From Balanoglossus misakiensis (Eukaryota; Animalia; Hemichordata): a DNA stretch of 64,000 bases. Location of the stretch: assembly GCA_040954595.2 (NCBI GenBank), contig CM082578.2, forward strand, positions 13,856,304 through 13,920,303, read 5' to 3'. A program made the translations under genes and the position numbers. Below, piece by piece: positions 12,101 to 24,815 of this stretch (position 1 is the first letter of the stretch; each line of letters begins with the position of its first letter). Below the pieces are notes generated by a model, which had not been told where the DNA came from, ran no database searches, and saw only the letters and a list, made by a program, of their open reading frames with translations.

Positions 12101-15100
12101 GTTGGATTTCAAAACCATGGATATAATGTGGACAGATGTCGCTATAGCTGTTTGGCCAATGTAATCCAAAACAAAATACCTAAAAGAGTCGGTGTTCGAA
12201 TTTAACAAACTCTACCATGAAATAAGGGCTCATGAACTGATTATGTGATGTCAAGACGCATTCATACATAATTGATATCATTTTATACGGTGGATATTAA
12301 CTTAGAGGGGGGGGGGGGTGTTTAGGTCAACATTTAAGCACTGTAAGTTTTATGGGTTAAACAAGAAGGCACAGTCTTTAAGTGTGTGGAATGGGCCGAT
12401 AATCAGACTGCGAAATGGAAAGTCATTGCAAATGTAATAAGGTTTCCATTACTACTTCATTAATGGTGTGTAGGTTGTCAAAGTTTTTAATATGCAGACT
12501 GTAGTATCAAGAGACGAGTCGTGCGCCTTTAAAGGCTGTACGATTTTAGCTGCCCAATGTTTTCACAGAGCATGATTTAGTGTAATGATTTACACACTGC
12601 ATCAAACGCGTACCTTCTTGCAGTACAGGGTTCTCAGGTGGTTGTACGGAGTGCCACACAGCTATTCGACGGCACGCTCCCCCAGTTCGACGCATCACCG
12701 TTAAAAGTTATAAAAAAGATATATGTTACATTGAGGGATGGCTGGTTCGAGAGATCAGTGCCCATAATTTATAAGATCCATCTGCCACGTGACATTTTGC
12801 AGTTTATACAAAAGTAAGCTTGCACGCTTCGTCGGCAATGGATTCAGTCCAACGCCGCGATAGATGAAAAACAGGAAATCAATGTCTTGGGATTATGTTT
12901 GACTCCCGCTTTGTCGGTCCAAACCTTTGCTATTTCAGCGGGGGTGTATCGCGTGGAACAGCAAGACATAAACGCATGCGCGCAAATATGCATACAACCG
13001 CTCTTCCATGAACAAACCTGTCTCAATCCTCCAGCCCATGGACACAACCATCACTAAATCACTGGAGTTACTACCACACAAGAGTTATATGAGCATGTGC
13101 GACCCGAATGAGTCCGCTTTTCACGCACAATGTATACTAAGAAGTGTTTAAGTAATTCGTTCGTTTCAGCTTTAATTTTATTTGCAAGGGGTATACAAAT
13201 ATCATAAATAAACTATCATAAATAAAATGACAAACGCCGCCCACAACGTACAGTTGTGCCCTATACCATATAAACACATGGATCGGCGTACCTTTGATCG
13301 GCTTTATTATTAATACTGACAGCAGAAACAGGGTTGTCTGGCAAATTGGGGATTAGTCTACTTTGATCACTCCCGCTCGAAGCAAAATAAATTAAAATAC
13401 TACTCTATTTTTTGTCGGTTAAACTTTGTAGTTTTTTAAAATAAGCATTTGCAACATACCTTTCGTAGTTAAGTAATATTAAAGCTTTACGTTCTCAATC
13501 TAATTTTGTGCAAACAATTAGGGAATATCAAAATTAAAAATGGCATAATCGAAACTAGATTGATGTATATGCAGTTCAAGTTGACAGCGATTCTTTGCAA
13601 TATACTCCTCAGCTAGACCTGTTCACCTGGGGCAATATTAATGCGCTAGCATGAAAAGAAACTTTAGCCGATCTCCAGAGCTTTGACATATAAGAGGGTA
13701 CATCACGTTGACAAGCAAATGGGAATACCACTTCTCGGTACACGCGTGTCATGACACAATGGCGCCCCTGATGGGTGAGGACAAGAATCTTTAGGAAGCG
13801 AACAATGGAGGGAGAAATCACCCAGGAAACTTTGGTGACAGTTGTTATGAGGAGAAAGCGTGTTTTCGTTTTATCTCACAAAAATGATGTCACGACCGGG
13901 TGTAAGAGTTTTCTTAAAGGAATGCACAACGGCTCAAATAACCCAACTGACGGATTAGCGAAGCAGTAGTCGACATGAACAGTAAGTTAAAAAGTAAAAG
14001 TGAGGTGATTGTTCGGAGGGACACGAACGTCTGCTATCATATTACGAGGTCGCCAACTGCGAATCCACATGTGCTGTTTCTGATGCTAGAATCAGCCATG
14101 TGATAGAAACTTGTTTGTGTCCACATCTAGGTGTAATGTGCCTGCCGGGTGTCTAGCAAGACATGTTCTCCAGCTTATGCAACATAACCTAATGAATGCT
14201 CGGGGAGATTTGTTAACGCTAATCTTCAAAAGGGAAAGTACTTTTGCGGTCACTCTCCTTGTATTAGAAAATGAAAGTCCCGAAAGCTACAGACCTGTCT
14301 ATGTTACCTTAGCCACACGATAAAACTGATGTTTCAAAGAGCGTATCATTGTAAAACCCTAAGTCACAATTTGGTAAAATGATACAGTGAATTCGTTCCT
14401 GTTTGAAATCCGTAGTAGGAAATTTGAACCTGTCAGATATCTCGTGTATTAAATACCATAAAGCTACATAACATAAAATAATTATGAGATAACTACATTG
14501 CATCGTAATAATGATGCAAAATGATATGTGCCCCCCTCCTCACACGCAAACATACATTTAGACAAATTTCACATTTTTATTGTGTAAATTCTCCGTAGCA
14601 ACAGCTGCCTTGCATTGTGGAGAATTTGGTATCGTATAATCGCTGGCGAACTGTAAGACGGTCCCGTACATTCGCCGTTTATTAGAAACTAACCCGTCAG
14701 GATGCGAGTACAAAGGCCTGTTTTCCTGTTGTGCACCTGAAAAGCCTAATTGGTAAAGGCAGACACGTAACTTGAGTAAGATTTCCTTAAATCTTTGAAC
14801 GCGTTAGAGATCTTGACCAATACATACATGTAGTGCGCAGTGCAATTGTTATTGGATGAGCAAACAGTAAGCCTAATTGGGACTGGATTCGACTATGCTA
14901 AATTCGCCGTGGTAGTAATAAGATCTACAACTACACATTTTCTCAATTTCAGGGGAGAAAAATAACGGTACAGTTCGTAGACTTAAAAGATCGCAGCACA
15001 GTGTCGCTGAAGCGTGGCACTTTTATTTTGAAAACTTCCCTTTTCCCGTCAGCCTTTGTATTTTCGAGAAAAACACGGGAAAGTTTATGACGCAAGTCAG

Positions 15101-18100
15101 GATATTATGTTCTCAGGAAGTAAATGACCAAATTTGAACTGTCAAGTGGTAAATTTTGAACATCGAGAGTTATCGTTTACTTCTTGAATAAAACATCTTG
15201 GACACTGTTACTAGTAGTGATACATTACGCAAGGCGTCGTCCGTGTATAAGCACAGTCCCTCCTTTCTTGAGGGACTGTGGTATAAGCAATGGTCCATAA
15301 ATAGCAGCTCATTGACACATGCAGTGTGAAGTGTGTCTTGTTGAGCTCCAAATATAGCATCCATTAATTAACACTTGCCTTCATTTTGAGTTAAAAATTA
15401 CACATTCGGCAGTCAGCGTTTACACTTGGCTGCGTACACCTGTGCGGTCTTTGACGTCGTTGAAATCAGGCCAAACACTTGCAGTTGTGTTGGCTGCGCA
15501 CTTGCAGAGTCACATAATAGGAGGCTGCTTGGGCAAAGATTTTGCTTTATAGTCGCGAGATAGAAGTTTTCGCTCAGCGGACAATGGCTGGATGCCGTCA
15601 GAATGTTACAGCGTGAGACTTCTACCTCGGGTGAGTAGGTTTTTTTTGCGCTTGCACTTTCGTACAGCAGGGAAGAATTTTATGAGGTCAGCAGAGATCA
15701 ACGGTCTTACAAACTGCACGAAGTTATCGCCGAGCTGCTGAACGGCTCCGAGGTGATCGAGCGTGCTTGCTCCGTGGATTTTTCTCTCTTCACTTTCGCC
15801 GCCGCGTGCCGTGCTCACGGTTAAAATTTCCACTTCGCTAGAGGGAAATTTGTGGTTCAGTTTTCAAGTAACGCAAAATGTGTTTTGCGGTTAAGCGGCT
15901 TTTTATTCGTTCATCCCGTTGGTTTCGTAGTACATTCATTGCTGCGGACCAGCTGTGCTTCTCAGATGTGTTAAAAAATCCAAAATGCCGTTTTTAATCC
16001 GCTGATCATGAATACGGGTGTTCATCTGAATTCAACATGTTTGTTAGCCTGTCGTTATTAATTTTAGCAGTGACTGTCACGACAATATATTTAAATTAAA
16101 TGCTTATCACAACAACAGGTTCCCTCTGTGAACTCAATCAGATGAAAAATAACCACCGTGGCGTTTGGACACGATTTCAATTAACATATCACAGTGATGG
16201 CAACTACACTATATCAGGCCGTCCGTAAAATAATGAGAAAAACTGTATGGCCACACTGTGATCACGTACGATTACGTAACAAACAGTAAGCGTGGATATT
16301 AGCACATTCTATATAACGGTATCCAAGCTGAGTCTGAAACAAATCGATCTGGGCATGTGACTGTGAAACGCACACGTGGCTGGAACAGAGCCGAAGTCCC
16401 CGGATTTCTTTCGTTGCCACTAATAAAAGTACAACCCTGGACACCGTACTATTTTTAGAAAGTTAGAATAATTCACATCTCCACTTTATGATTATTGTTT
16501 GAATTCGACATAACAAAGGCGGGTACTAGAACATCGGGCATGGCTCGCATGCATTCAGTCAATACACCTTTTTTATATCGTATTTTTAACGAGACGCCAT
16601 ATGTGACTAGTTTGTATTTTATGATAACCTACTCTAATCATTTACTGATAACCGACTTAGGTCCTACTAATGTACACACGCGGCAAGCAGAAAATCACAA
16701 ATCACAATTCTGTGAGAGCACTACAGAAACCAAGATGTACTTCAATCATACCGGTCGCGACTTCAGGAAAAGATTTCTGCTTTGGTGTGGTTTGGGTCAA
16801 AACTGACGTTACGCAGACGTAGGCCTAATTGTCAGATATACCACTTTGACAAACATAAGTTTATTATATTCCTATTAAATGTCGTTTCCATGCTACATTA
16901 AAACTACTTGTAAAATGTTTTTACAAATTACGCGCCATATTCGAAAACGTTTACATTTTTTGCGGCAAAGTATTCTGATCTTCGTTGTACAAGAGCTTTT
17001 GCATGTAGCATCCGGATTTTATGATTAAATTTAAACAGGCATTGTAATTTGTAAATATGAAAATTACACCATGCTTCACTTCTAAACGTTAATTAAAACT
17101 GCTGCGACAGTCAATTGTACGAGCTCTGCAGGCAATTATTCCATTTCGCCTGAACACAAACCAGCGTGCTTATCTCTTGATTCTCATAGACAATCCATCT
17201 TCGAGCATTATTGATTAGGTGTGCTTGAAAGACTACTTTTGTATCAGATGGATTTAACTCATCCTATCTCATACTCAGTGTAATACCATATTAATTATAG
17301 CGAATCGATTTATTAAAGATACTATGTGTTATATTTGATTACCCTGTGCCGACAATACACAGGGGGTTTGTCATGTGCGTAGCTGTGCCTTTTGTATGAC
17401 TACATGTATGTCCACTGAGCATTAGTGGACGAAAGCAATTAATATCCTCATCAATTTCGATTTGTATTACAGCTTTTTTATTTGGATTGAAATTCTTATA
17501 TCCCAGAACTCTTTCTGTCTACTGTTCGTCGCTTCCCAAAGAGAATCCCAAACACTGTGTCATTTAACACATTGTAAAACAAGGTGTTGGGGATTGATCT
17601 ACCTCATACAACTTTACCGCGGCTACGAAATCGTCAGTCACGTGACCCCACCCACCCACTCGCAAGTCGAATTCTCCTCTTCGTGACGTCATCAAACAAT
17701 ATCCTGACATACTACAGCATGAACTGACAGAATGTGCGAGAAGAACAACACTAACCGAAATCGGGGAAGTACATGTAATAGCAAGAGACACAGACTCGTT
17801 TCCTTGCGCGTTAAAATCAGGCCGTAGATAAACCACATATTCATTCATTTCTCGAGGGTCTATGGATAAACGCATCAAACTATACACAATTAGATGATAT
17901 ATTTAGCTTTTATTCCATGGGATTTAAAACTCTATTTTTCTATTTCCGGTACACCTGTCGCAATCATAAAAGATTGACACGCCGACCGATCATTCGTTTG
18001 TAAAAGAACTTGAAAAGAACATCCGAAAACGGCGAGCCCATTTACTTGCGATGACTTCATAAAAAATAGCCATTACAAGCAATTCCCAGCGTACTAATAG

Positions 18101-21100
18101 CCCTGTCGAGCTGGTGTGATTTTCAACTCGTCCGTTGAAATTGCTCTCGTTTCCGTGAACCAGGAGCAGGTGGGGGGAAATCGCCTCGTCATGTTTTCTA
18201 TCCGAAGAAAATGTCTCGCGTTATCGCCTTATTCTCAGTACGACAACTTGATGACACCAATATCTTTCCATGATTGCCACATCTGTGCCACCCAGGTAAA
18301 ACAAACCTCGGCTCCTGTGCGAGTAGGAAAAATCAGCTGTCCTGCCGTGTTGGAAGCGGGGGAATGTGTACGGTGTGGTAGGAATACCGCGAAGCAACAG
18401 GTCTTGTCAGACACTGTCACAGTAACTTTGTGTGGGGTTTTATGCGAGTTTAGGGCACTCTTCTGCTTTTGCACATTGGACAAATTTGACCCGACCGAGA
18501 TATTCTTTTAGTAATTTTTAGCCATCGTGTCCCGACACGCACAACGCAGTTTCTATTTTCAGTGACTACGAATGCACGTGTTGCTATTTGTGCCACTGGG
18601 GACAAATCGGGTCTCATTTTAAACAATGTCGATAGGCGCACCGAATCTAACACGAGAAGTCACCAACTGCCCGTTGCTTGATAGCAAATGGTCCACCCCT
18701 TATCACGTGATCGTACATCGCTGTAACTTATGAAGAAAGCTACGGAAATTGCCACATAAAAAATGGCTTGTTTTTTCTTGGCCATGGTATCATAAAACTA
18801 CATAACTTCCTTTGCCCATTGTTTAATGCATTTACAGAGTTGGGGGTCACACCTGCAGCTGTTAGGGTCTCGGGTCTCGTTGCCTTACTTTTATAATAAC
18901 ATTGTGATAGACATTTCCACTACAACGTAACCACAGCCATGTATTTTGCATGTTATAAGACTGGCACCTACAAAATAGAATATGTTGTAGAAATAGAATA
19001 TGGTGCATATATTCATATATCATACACTTTTAGGTACACATAAAGAAAAGCCTGGAAAATGATGTTTGGATTTCACAGTGGAGTGACTGTGGTTCACTGT
19101 ATACTTCATTCTCATTTATTATGACGCCGGAAAGCGCAGGCGTGACTTTGATAGGACAACTTGTGAAATATGCAAATATACTTCATGCAGTATTTTATTG
19201 GAGCATGTGTCGAGTTACGATTTAAATATGCAAATTACTATCGTTGAAAAATGCTCACTATATCTGATATCTGGCGTGTTCGGCACACTCCGTAGCAAGT
19301 CTGTCGAACTGTGAATAGTATCCATGGTATCAATCATTCCGGATGCGGGTTTTCAGTTTCTAATTCACACTGGTGCAGTGGCAGTGGGACTTCATACACA
19401 ATTTAGAACGGCAGGGGATACGCTTTTTTAAGGTGGGTCACACAACCAGTAACATTTAATCCCTACAACTATCCCGTCAGGTGAGAGACAGTCCATCGCG
19501 AAAACTGACGTGTGAAACTTAACCCAATCCGCTTTGGTGCTGACCCCCCTCCCCAGTTCATCCAAACGAGATTCCTCTTGAACGGAAGCGAAACGCGGGA
19601 TGATAAAATAACGAGGTAAACGTAGATTTCTTTCCGTTTAGATTGATCGGCTTCGATGAATTTTGCAACAGTGATCACCGGCATGTAGCGATGTTATGAC
19701 ATATCTTTGTATCCTCTGTTGAAATGTCTGGTCGTTCTGTGTTACGCGAAGGAAATTACTTTGGCATGCGTCAGATTTTTAAGCTTAATTGACAGACAAT
19801 CGTGTAACACAGCAATACCTAAATCCAACGGCTATGGCGAAACGTTTTAATTTGATTGGCACAACTCCAGGATACCAGCTTTCCATTTAATATTTGTACA
19901 TGTATATCCTTTGCAATATCTTCGAGTCTAGTTTGAAATCACATATAATCAATTTGTGAGAATAAAATTCTGCAACTGTCCGCTCACGTGCGCTTGCACG
20001 TTTTAGCCATAATTTCAAAGCAACCACAACTGTCTTTTGCATCTGTTGCACCGTTGTTTTGCGCGGTCGACGAATAATTCTACCCTATGACAGACACCAG
20101 AAAGATATATGTATACGTAACTGGGGGCAACATACGTTGTCCTCCGAAATACAATCATTTCTGCTTTATTTTAGTCCAGACAGACAAACGTACGCATCCT
20201 CTTTTGGCCTCTATTCTTCTCATGCCGTACAAGCTGACGGTGATTTACGCTCCCCTTTGCCCGTAGCAGTTGTTGATCACAACACCATTTTGCATAATAC
20301 GTGATGGTACGGCGTTCTAAATTTGTCAGAAATAATATTTGGATTTTTGGATAATCGGATCAGATAACTGGTGATGTAGATTCAATTTTATTGCATTGTG
20401 TCCACCATTTGTTGTCTGCTGGAATGGTACGGCGATGATCACGCGTTGGCAGTTTGAGATTGATGAAAACGTGTGAACACTTGTTTGGTATTATGTCTCC
20501 GGCCGTCGCTGTCTCTGCCTGACTCTATCTCTCTCTCTCTGCGCCTGACTGCACGTCTGCCTGTTTGTCTGTCTCTGACTTTCTCTATCAGATGTGCCCG
20601 TTTGTAAATGTGTGTATGAGGAGTACTGACCATATCATCGTAAAGCTATGATGAGAATTTAATTAACTGAAGGTGGCATCGCATTAATAGTTAAATATGT
20701 CCTTCCGTGAATGTGCGCCTGTTCATTTCAATGGTCAACCATCATCTATTCACATCCCAATTATGCGTATCGCCCACGTTCCATTCGTAGATTGTTTGGG
20801 AGAGGGAAAGTGGATGTCGTTTCTTTCACAGATCAGGAAACACAGATGTTTCCTTTAATAGTACTAAAACGAGAGCGTCGACTGTGAGATCTTTACGCGG
20901 ATGCACTCATTACTTACATTTAGAAAACATCACCACCGTAAAACCCAATCACAGTGAATGAAGATTCGTGACGAGTATGAAAATCCCGCACTGTTGTTTT
21001 AATGCGCACTCGTGTCCTGGGCAATGGGTGATACCACAGGCGACTGAGTGAAAACTTTGAACATATTATTACCAACAAGGGATATGCGGTCGATTGCGAG

Positions 21101-21664
21101 AGAATTCCAGCGGACACTTGCACGGAGGTGTCATTCACCTCTCTGGAGATGTGCATCAATCACATGTATACTGCAGGTAAAATGACACCACCTTCAGTCA
21201 TTACTGATGGAGTTAATGCCTGTCGGAGATAAGAAAGCTCGACAGTAGGCCTATCACTGACAATGATACCGGGGGAGGGGGTTGACATATTCAACGGCGA
21301 CAGAAATCAGCGTTCCATCCAGCGTATAATCACCTGCTGCAGTGTTATTAGCAATCAGCCTGTTTCCATATTGACATCAAATACTCAATGTGCCGTCCCT
21401 CTCCTATCCGAGACTGAAAGATGTTTCGCGGTTCATAATTACGACCGTCACTCAATCACTGCATTTGCTCAACAGACAGTGGATACGCCGACTGATAATC
21501 CGTCAAACATTAGAATCCCAGCTTACCACCTAAACAGTGAAACATTCCTCGGTCAGAGCAGAAATAAAAATTTCCAAAGTTCAAGGCTTACACAAAAGCG
21601 AACTGTATGCTTATCATAGCCGTCTATTCTGACCCCCCTCGCCTGTAACGGCACTGATATACAC

Positions 21665-21846
21665 GTAAGTTGCAAGTTGCGTAAACACCACACACACACA
21701 CGTAGTACGTACATTTCATATCTGAAAACTGAATGTTAGCGAGAATGACACTCTCAGGAATCATGTCACAAGAACATCGTCCTGTTCATTTTTGTAATTC
21801 AGCATCACAGTGATTTTAACTGTAACGTTCCTCTATTTTTTTGCAG
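21665..21846 (+). other. Probable 5' UTR intron of the GPCR gene
   Basis: Donor CAC/GTAAGT at 21665; acceptor ttcctctattttttttgcAG ending at 21846. An alternative acceptor ttctatcAG ends at 21939. Confidence 0.7.
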
Positions 21847-21853
21847 GCACAAG

Positions 21854-21889
21854 ATGGCAGACATCTTTAATGTGAAATGCTCGCTTTGA
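21854..21889 (+). promoter_or_regulatory. Upstream ORF (MADIFNVKCSL*) in the GPCR 5' UTR
   Basis: ATG in strong context aagATGg, out of frame with the GPCR, stopping 4 nt before the ATG at 21894. Confidence 0.5.
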
Positions 21890-21893
21890 TATT

Positions 21894-22976
21894 ATGACGT
21901 ACACCCTCTTATATACCGTTCCACAACCAATTCTATCAGGAGAACACAACATGGCATCTGAACAAGTACCAGAGGACAACACAACAGCGTGGTTACCTAG
22001 CAACGACTCGTTGTTACTTCAGTATGAATACGAGAAGTTGATGTTGGTGCAAGAAAACTCGCGGGGACCGTTGGCGTTCTTGTGGATTTTAATATTATTG
22101 GTTGGAGTTATGAGCAATGTCGGATTTTTGTACGTCAGATCCAAAGTTGCATACATGCAGACTGTCACCAATTGCTACCTTATGAACCTTGGCTTGGCCG
22201 ATATTACTTTTCTGACAATTACAGTGCCACTTGAAACGAGCGATCTTTTCTTCGGTATCGGGCGTTTCTATCACACCTTGTACTGTGCTTTGTCAACGGG
22301 TGTCACGCACCTATCAAACTATACGTCCATGCTGACTCTTGCTATGATCACGGTTGAAAGATACTTCGCCATCTGCAGACCCTTTCAAGCCGAGCGTATC
22401 AGTACAAAAAGCAGGGCCATGAAAGTGATCGTCATCACGTGGATAGTGTCAATCCTGTTCGCCTTCGTGTTCACCATATCATGCTTTGCTAACGGTACCA
22501 GTCACATGACGCACATAGCATTGATTCTTCAAACATTGCCGTTCTACGCCTCCATGACAACCATCACCGCTCTAAACGTCATCATTGTCAAGCAGCTCAC
22601 TGGCCGGGGACAGGCAATTTCCGCCCAAGAAACGGAGGCGCGAGCAGAGAGACTTCAGGTGGTGAAGTTGCTGATTGTCACGGAACTGGTGTTTTTCGCG
22701 TGCGTCTTTCCCTACTATCTGGTGGACTTCATCATAGGCACGCAGGAGCTAACACAGGCCTGCGTGCAGAACAACCCAGTGGGGTCGTGTATGTCTTTGA
22801 AAGAACTCTACTGTGTGATGGTCTCGATGAAAACCCTCATGTACATTAACTCTGCAATAAACCCAATCATCTACAACGTCATGAGCTCGCGTTACCGGCA
22901 GGCCTTTCTGGATGCTTTCAAATGCTCCAAAAGAAGCTCGGCCGACTCCAACATGTACACATCCGCGCGCTTCTGA
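21894..22976 (+). CDS. Class A (rhodopsin-like) GPCR, TRH-receptor/neuromedin U/ghrelin receptor-like, intronless CDS
   Basis: Seven hydrophobic segments. Motifs: TNCYLMNLGLAD (TM2), C3.25, TVERYFAICRPF, W4.50, FFACVFPYY (TM6), YINSAINPIIYNVMSSRYRQAF (TM7/H8; cf. TRHR [22 protein letters not shown]). N-terminal sequons NTT and NDS. The true start may be Met20 at 21951 (aacATGg). Confidence 0.95.
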   Translation: MTYTLLYTVPQPILSGEHNMASEQVPEDNTTAWLPSNDSLLLQYEYEKLMLVQENSRGPLAFLWILILLVGVMSNVGFLYVRSKVAYMQTVTNCYLMNLGLADITFLTITVPLETSDLFFGIGRFYHTLYCALSTGVTHLSNYTSMLTLAMITVERYFAICRPFQAERISTKSRAMKVIVITWIVSILFAFVFTISCFANGTSHMTHIALILQTLPFYASMTTITALNVIIVKQLTGRGQAISAQETEARAERLQVVKLLIVTELVFFACVFPYYLVDFIIGTQELTQACVQNNPVGSCMSLKELYCVMVSMKTLMYINSAINPIIYNVMSSRYRQAFLDAFKCSKRSSADSNMYTSARF

Positions 22977-23048
22977 CTAGCAAGGCGCCGATGGAGAGAA
23001 AATTCAGCCACCTCCATGCAAATGGTAACAACAATGTCCGAGGATTAA
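22974..23048 (+). other. Candidate stop-codon readthrough site (UGA CUAG) and 24-residue C-terminal extension
   Basis: TTC TGA CTA GCA...; the frame stays open as X-LARRRWRENSATSMQMVTTMSED to TAA at 23046-23048. Confidence 0.6.
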
Positions 23049-23165
23049 ACACTGTACTGTCATCAAGAAATGTGTAGAAAATCCCTGCTCTCGGGAGATC
23101 AGAGCTTTCTTACCAAGTAGAGAAATGCCACTCTGGGTACTAAAATCGATGACGCATGGCAAGGG

Positions 23166-23171
23166 AATAAA
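23166..23171 (+). promoter_or_regulatory. Candidate proximal polyadenylation signal of the GPCR gene
   Basis: First AATAAA after the CDS. Further candidates at 25042-25047 and 25161-25166, so the real 3' end is unknown. Confidence 0.3.
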
Positions 23172-24565
23172 TGGAATATATGTGTAACTTGATGACAGGA
23201 AAAGATTGTTCAGATAATGTCCGCAATCTCATTAATGCATTAATGCCTGCGGAATTTTGCATGGGACGAAATCCTCGGCTGAATTTCTATCCATCGGCCG
23301 CCTCTCTTTAATCAACATATATATATATGCCTTTATATTATTACTTGTGTTATATTTCAAGTTTATTTTGTGTGTTGTAGAGCTTTATTGGTATGAATGG
23401 AATATGCTCCATAATCATGCCGTGATTATGACATGTTTGCTAAATATTATTGATGTAAATATTAAAAGTTTTGTATTACTTTTCATGACGAGTATACCGT
23501 CATTGTTACGTTATAATATAAATAATTCCAAAAGACACTTTTTCCACATTATTTGTTGTTACTTTCTTTCCACTTTCATGTTGGAGATCAGACGTGTGAC
23601 ACTTTAAGGTAAAATGTATGAAAAGAATGTCATTGACAGTGGAGAGCTTAAAGAAACACCCTTCTTCTATGACACTGAGAAACTTTCCCTTTGGTTGGGA
23701 AGGATGATTGTGCTCGCTACTTATTTTCACTGGCACAGTTTATTATCTCAATCACTTGTACAGACGGTAGCTATAGTATATTATATAAAAAGCATCTATA
23801 AATAATTTAAAGTTTCTGTAAATGATTTGATGATTGGGTGGAGTGATTGATTCATTTTGTCATGCCTTTTTCACTGTATTATCCATTCCTGGAGTTTACC
23901 ATTATATTACATTTTCAAAATGGTTTATAGCTTTTGAGTCAATTGCACATGAAATCGGATGATCTTATTGTGTGCATGTTTTACATTGTTGAAGTTTGTG
24001 TGTTTGTTGGTTTTTTTTCCGGGGTGGGGGGGGGGGGGGTGGGGGGTTAGAGTGAAATGTTTACTTGAGGATTTTGGTGCCCAGCGCTACATACACGATG
24101 GGAATGTGTATACAATATAGGATAATGTAATGTATGGTCATTTGCTTGAACTCTCAGATCGACGCTAGCAATTACATCTAGAGACTATGATGTAAATCAG
24201 TGTCGAAATACTTGACTTGTACATATATCATTCTCTGGGAAATCTTTCTTTTGAAATTATATTTGAATGAAGTGGTAAGGAGTTGAAGAAAGCACAAAAG
24301 GGCATTTAAAATATATTTATCGGACATAATATAACACAATTTTTCATATTACATAGTGCATTCGTTATTTCCTGATATTTCCTTGTAATATATAAGCATG
24401 TATTGAAAATGGCATTTCTTCATCTGTGTTGGAAATTTCAATGTCACAAAACATATGGTAATATGTATAATTTTAGACATGAAAATGTGTTCAGCACGAC
24501 TGTACCATCTACTTAGCACTATACACATGTAATTTGTTTTGTTGGGGAGTTCCTAATTATATAAC

Positions 24566-24815
24566 TTAAGTAGTACATACCTCGGGGACATATTTTCAGA
24601 AAAAAGTAAAGTCTTGAAAATAATTTAATTCTTACTTGAATTAAAGTGTAGGGGGGGGGGAGTCTTCGAAATCAAAGAAGAAAACAAAGAAAAAATCATT
24701 ACGTCATATTTTCTTCATAGACTTAACACACAGATTATGGCTGCCATTTTGAATTTCAAATTTGAGACAACTGTATTCAAAATTTTGCACAGTGAACCCA
24801 AAAATCTGTTTCTGT
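24566..24815 (+). mobile_element. Truncated TTAA-flanked MITE-like DNA transposon remnant
   Basis: Starts TTAAGTAGTACATACCTCGGGGACA and contains CATAGACTTAACACA...ATGGCTGCCATTTTGAATTTCAAA...TTTGCACAGTGA. This resembles an abundant non-autonomous element that I recall from acorn-worm DNA (recollection, not a search). No right terminus found. Confidence 0.5.

Noticed and set aside
17249-17263. Minus-strand DELNP, as in EDEM1 exon 1
   Set aside because: Preceded by an in-frame TAG and not followed by CxGRGPD; chance match.
17684-17691. Full CRE palindrome TGACGTCA (also at 4726 and about 62205)
   Set aside because: A few 8-mers in 64 kb without supporting context are not informative.
19170-19235. 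Two octamer motifs ATGCAAAT 58 bp apart
   Set aside because: AT-rich motif that is frequent in such genomes and their repeats; no independent support.
23140-23200. SECIS element that would make the GPCR UGA a selenocysteine codon
   Set aside because: ATGA...AA...GA strings are present, but I could not build the required 10-12 bp helix; the CUAG context better fits leaky readthrough.
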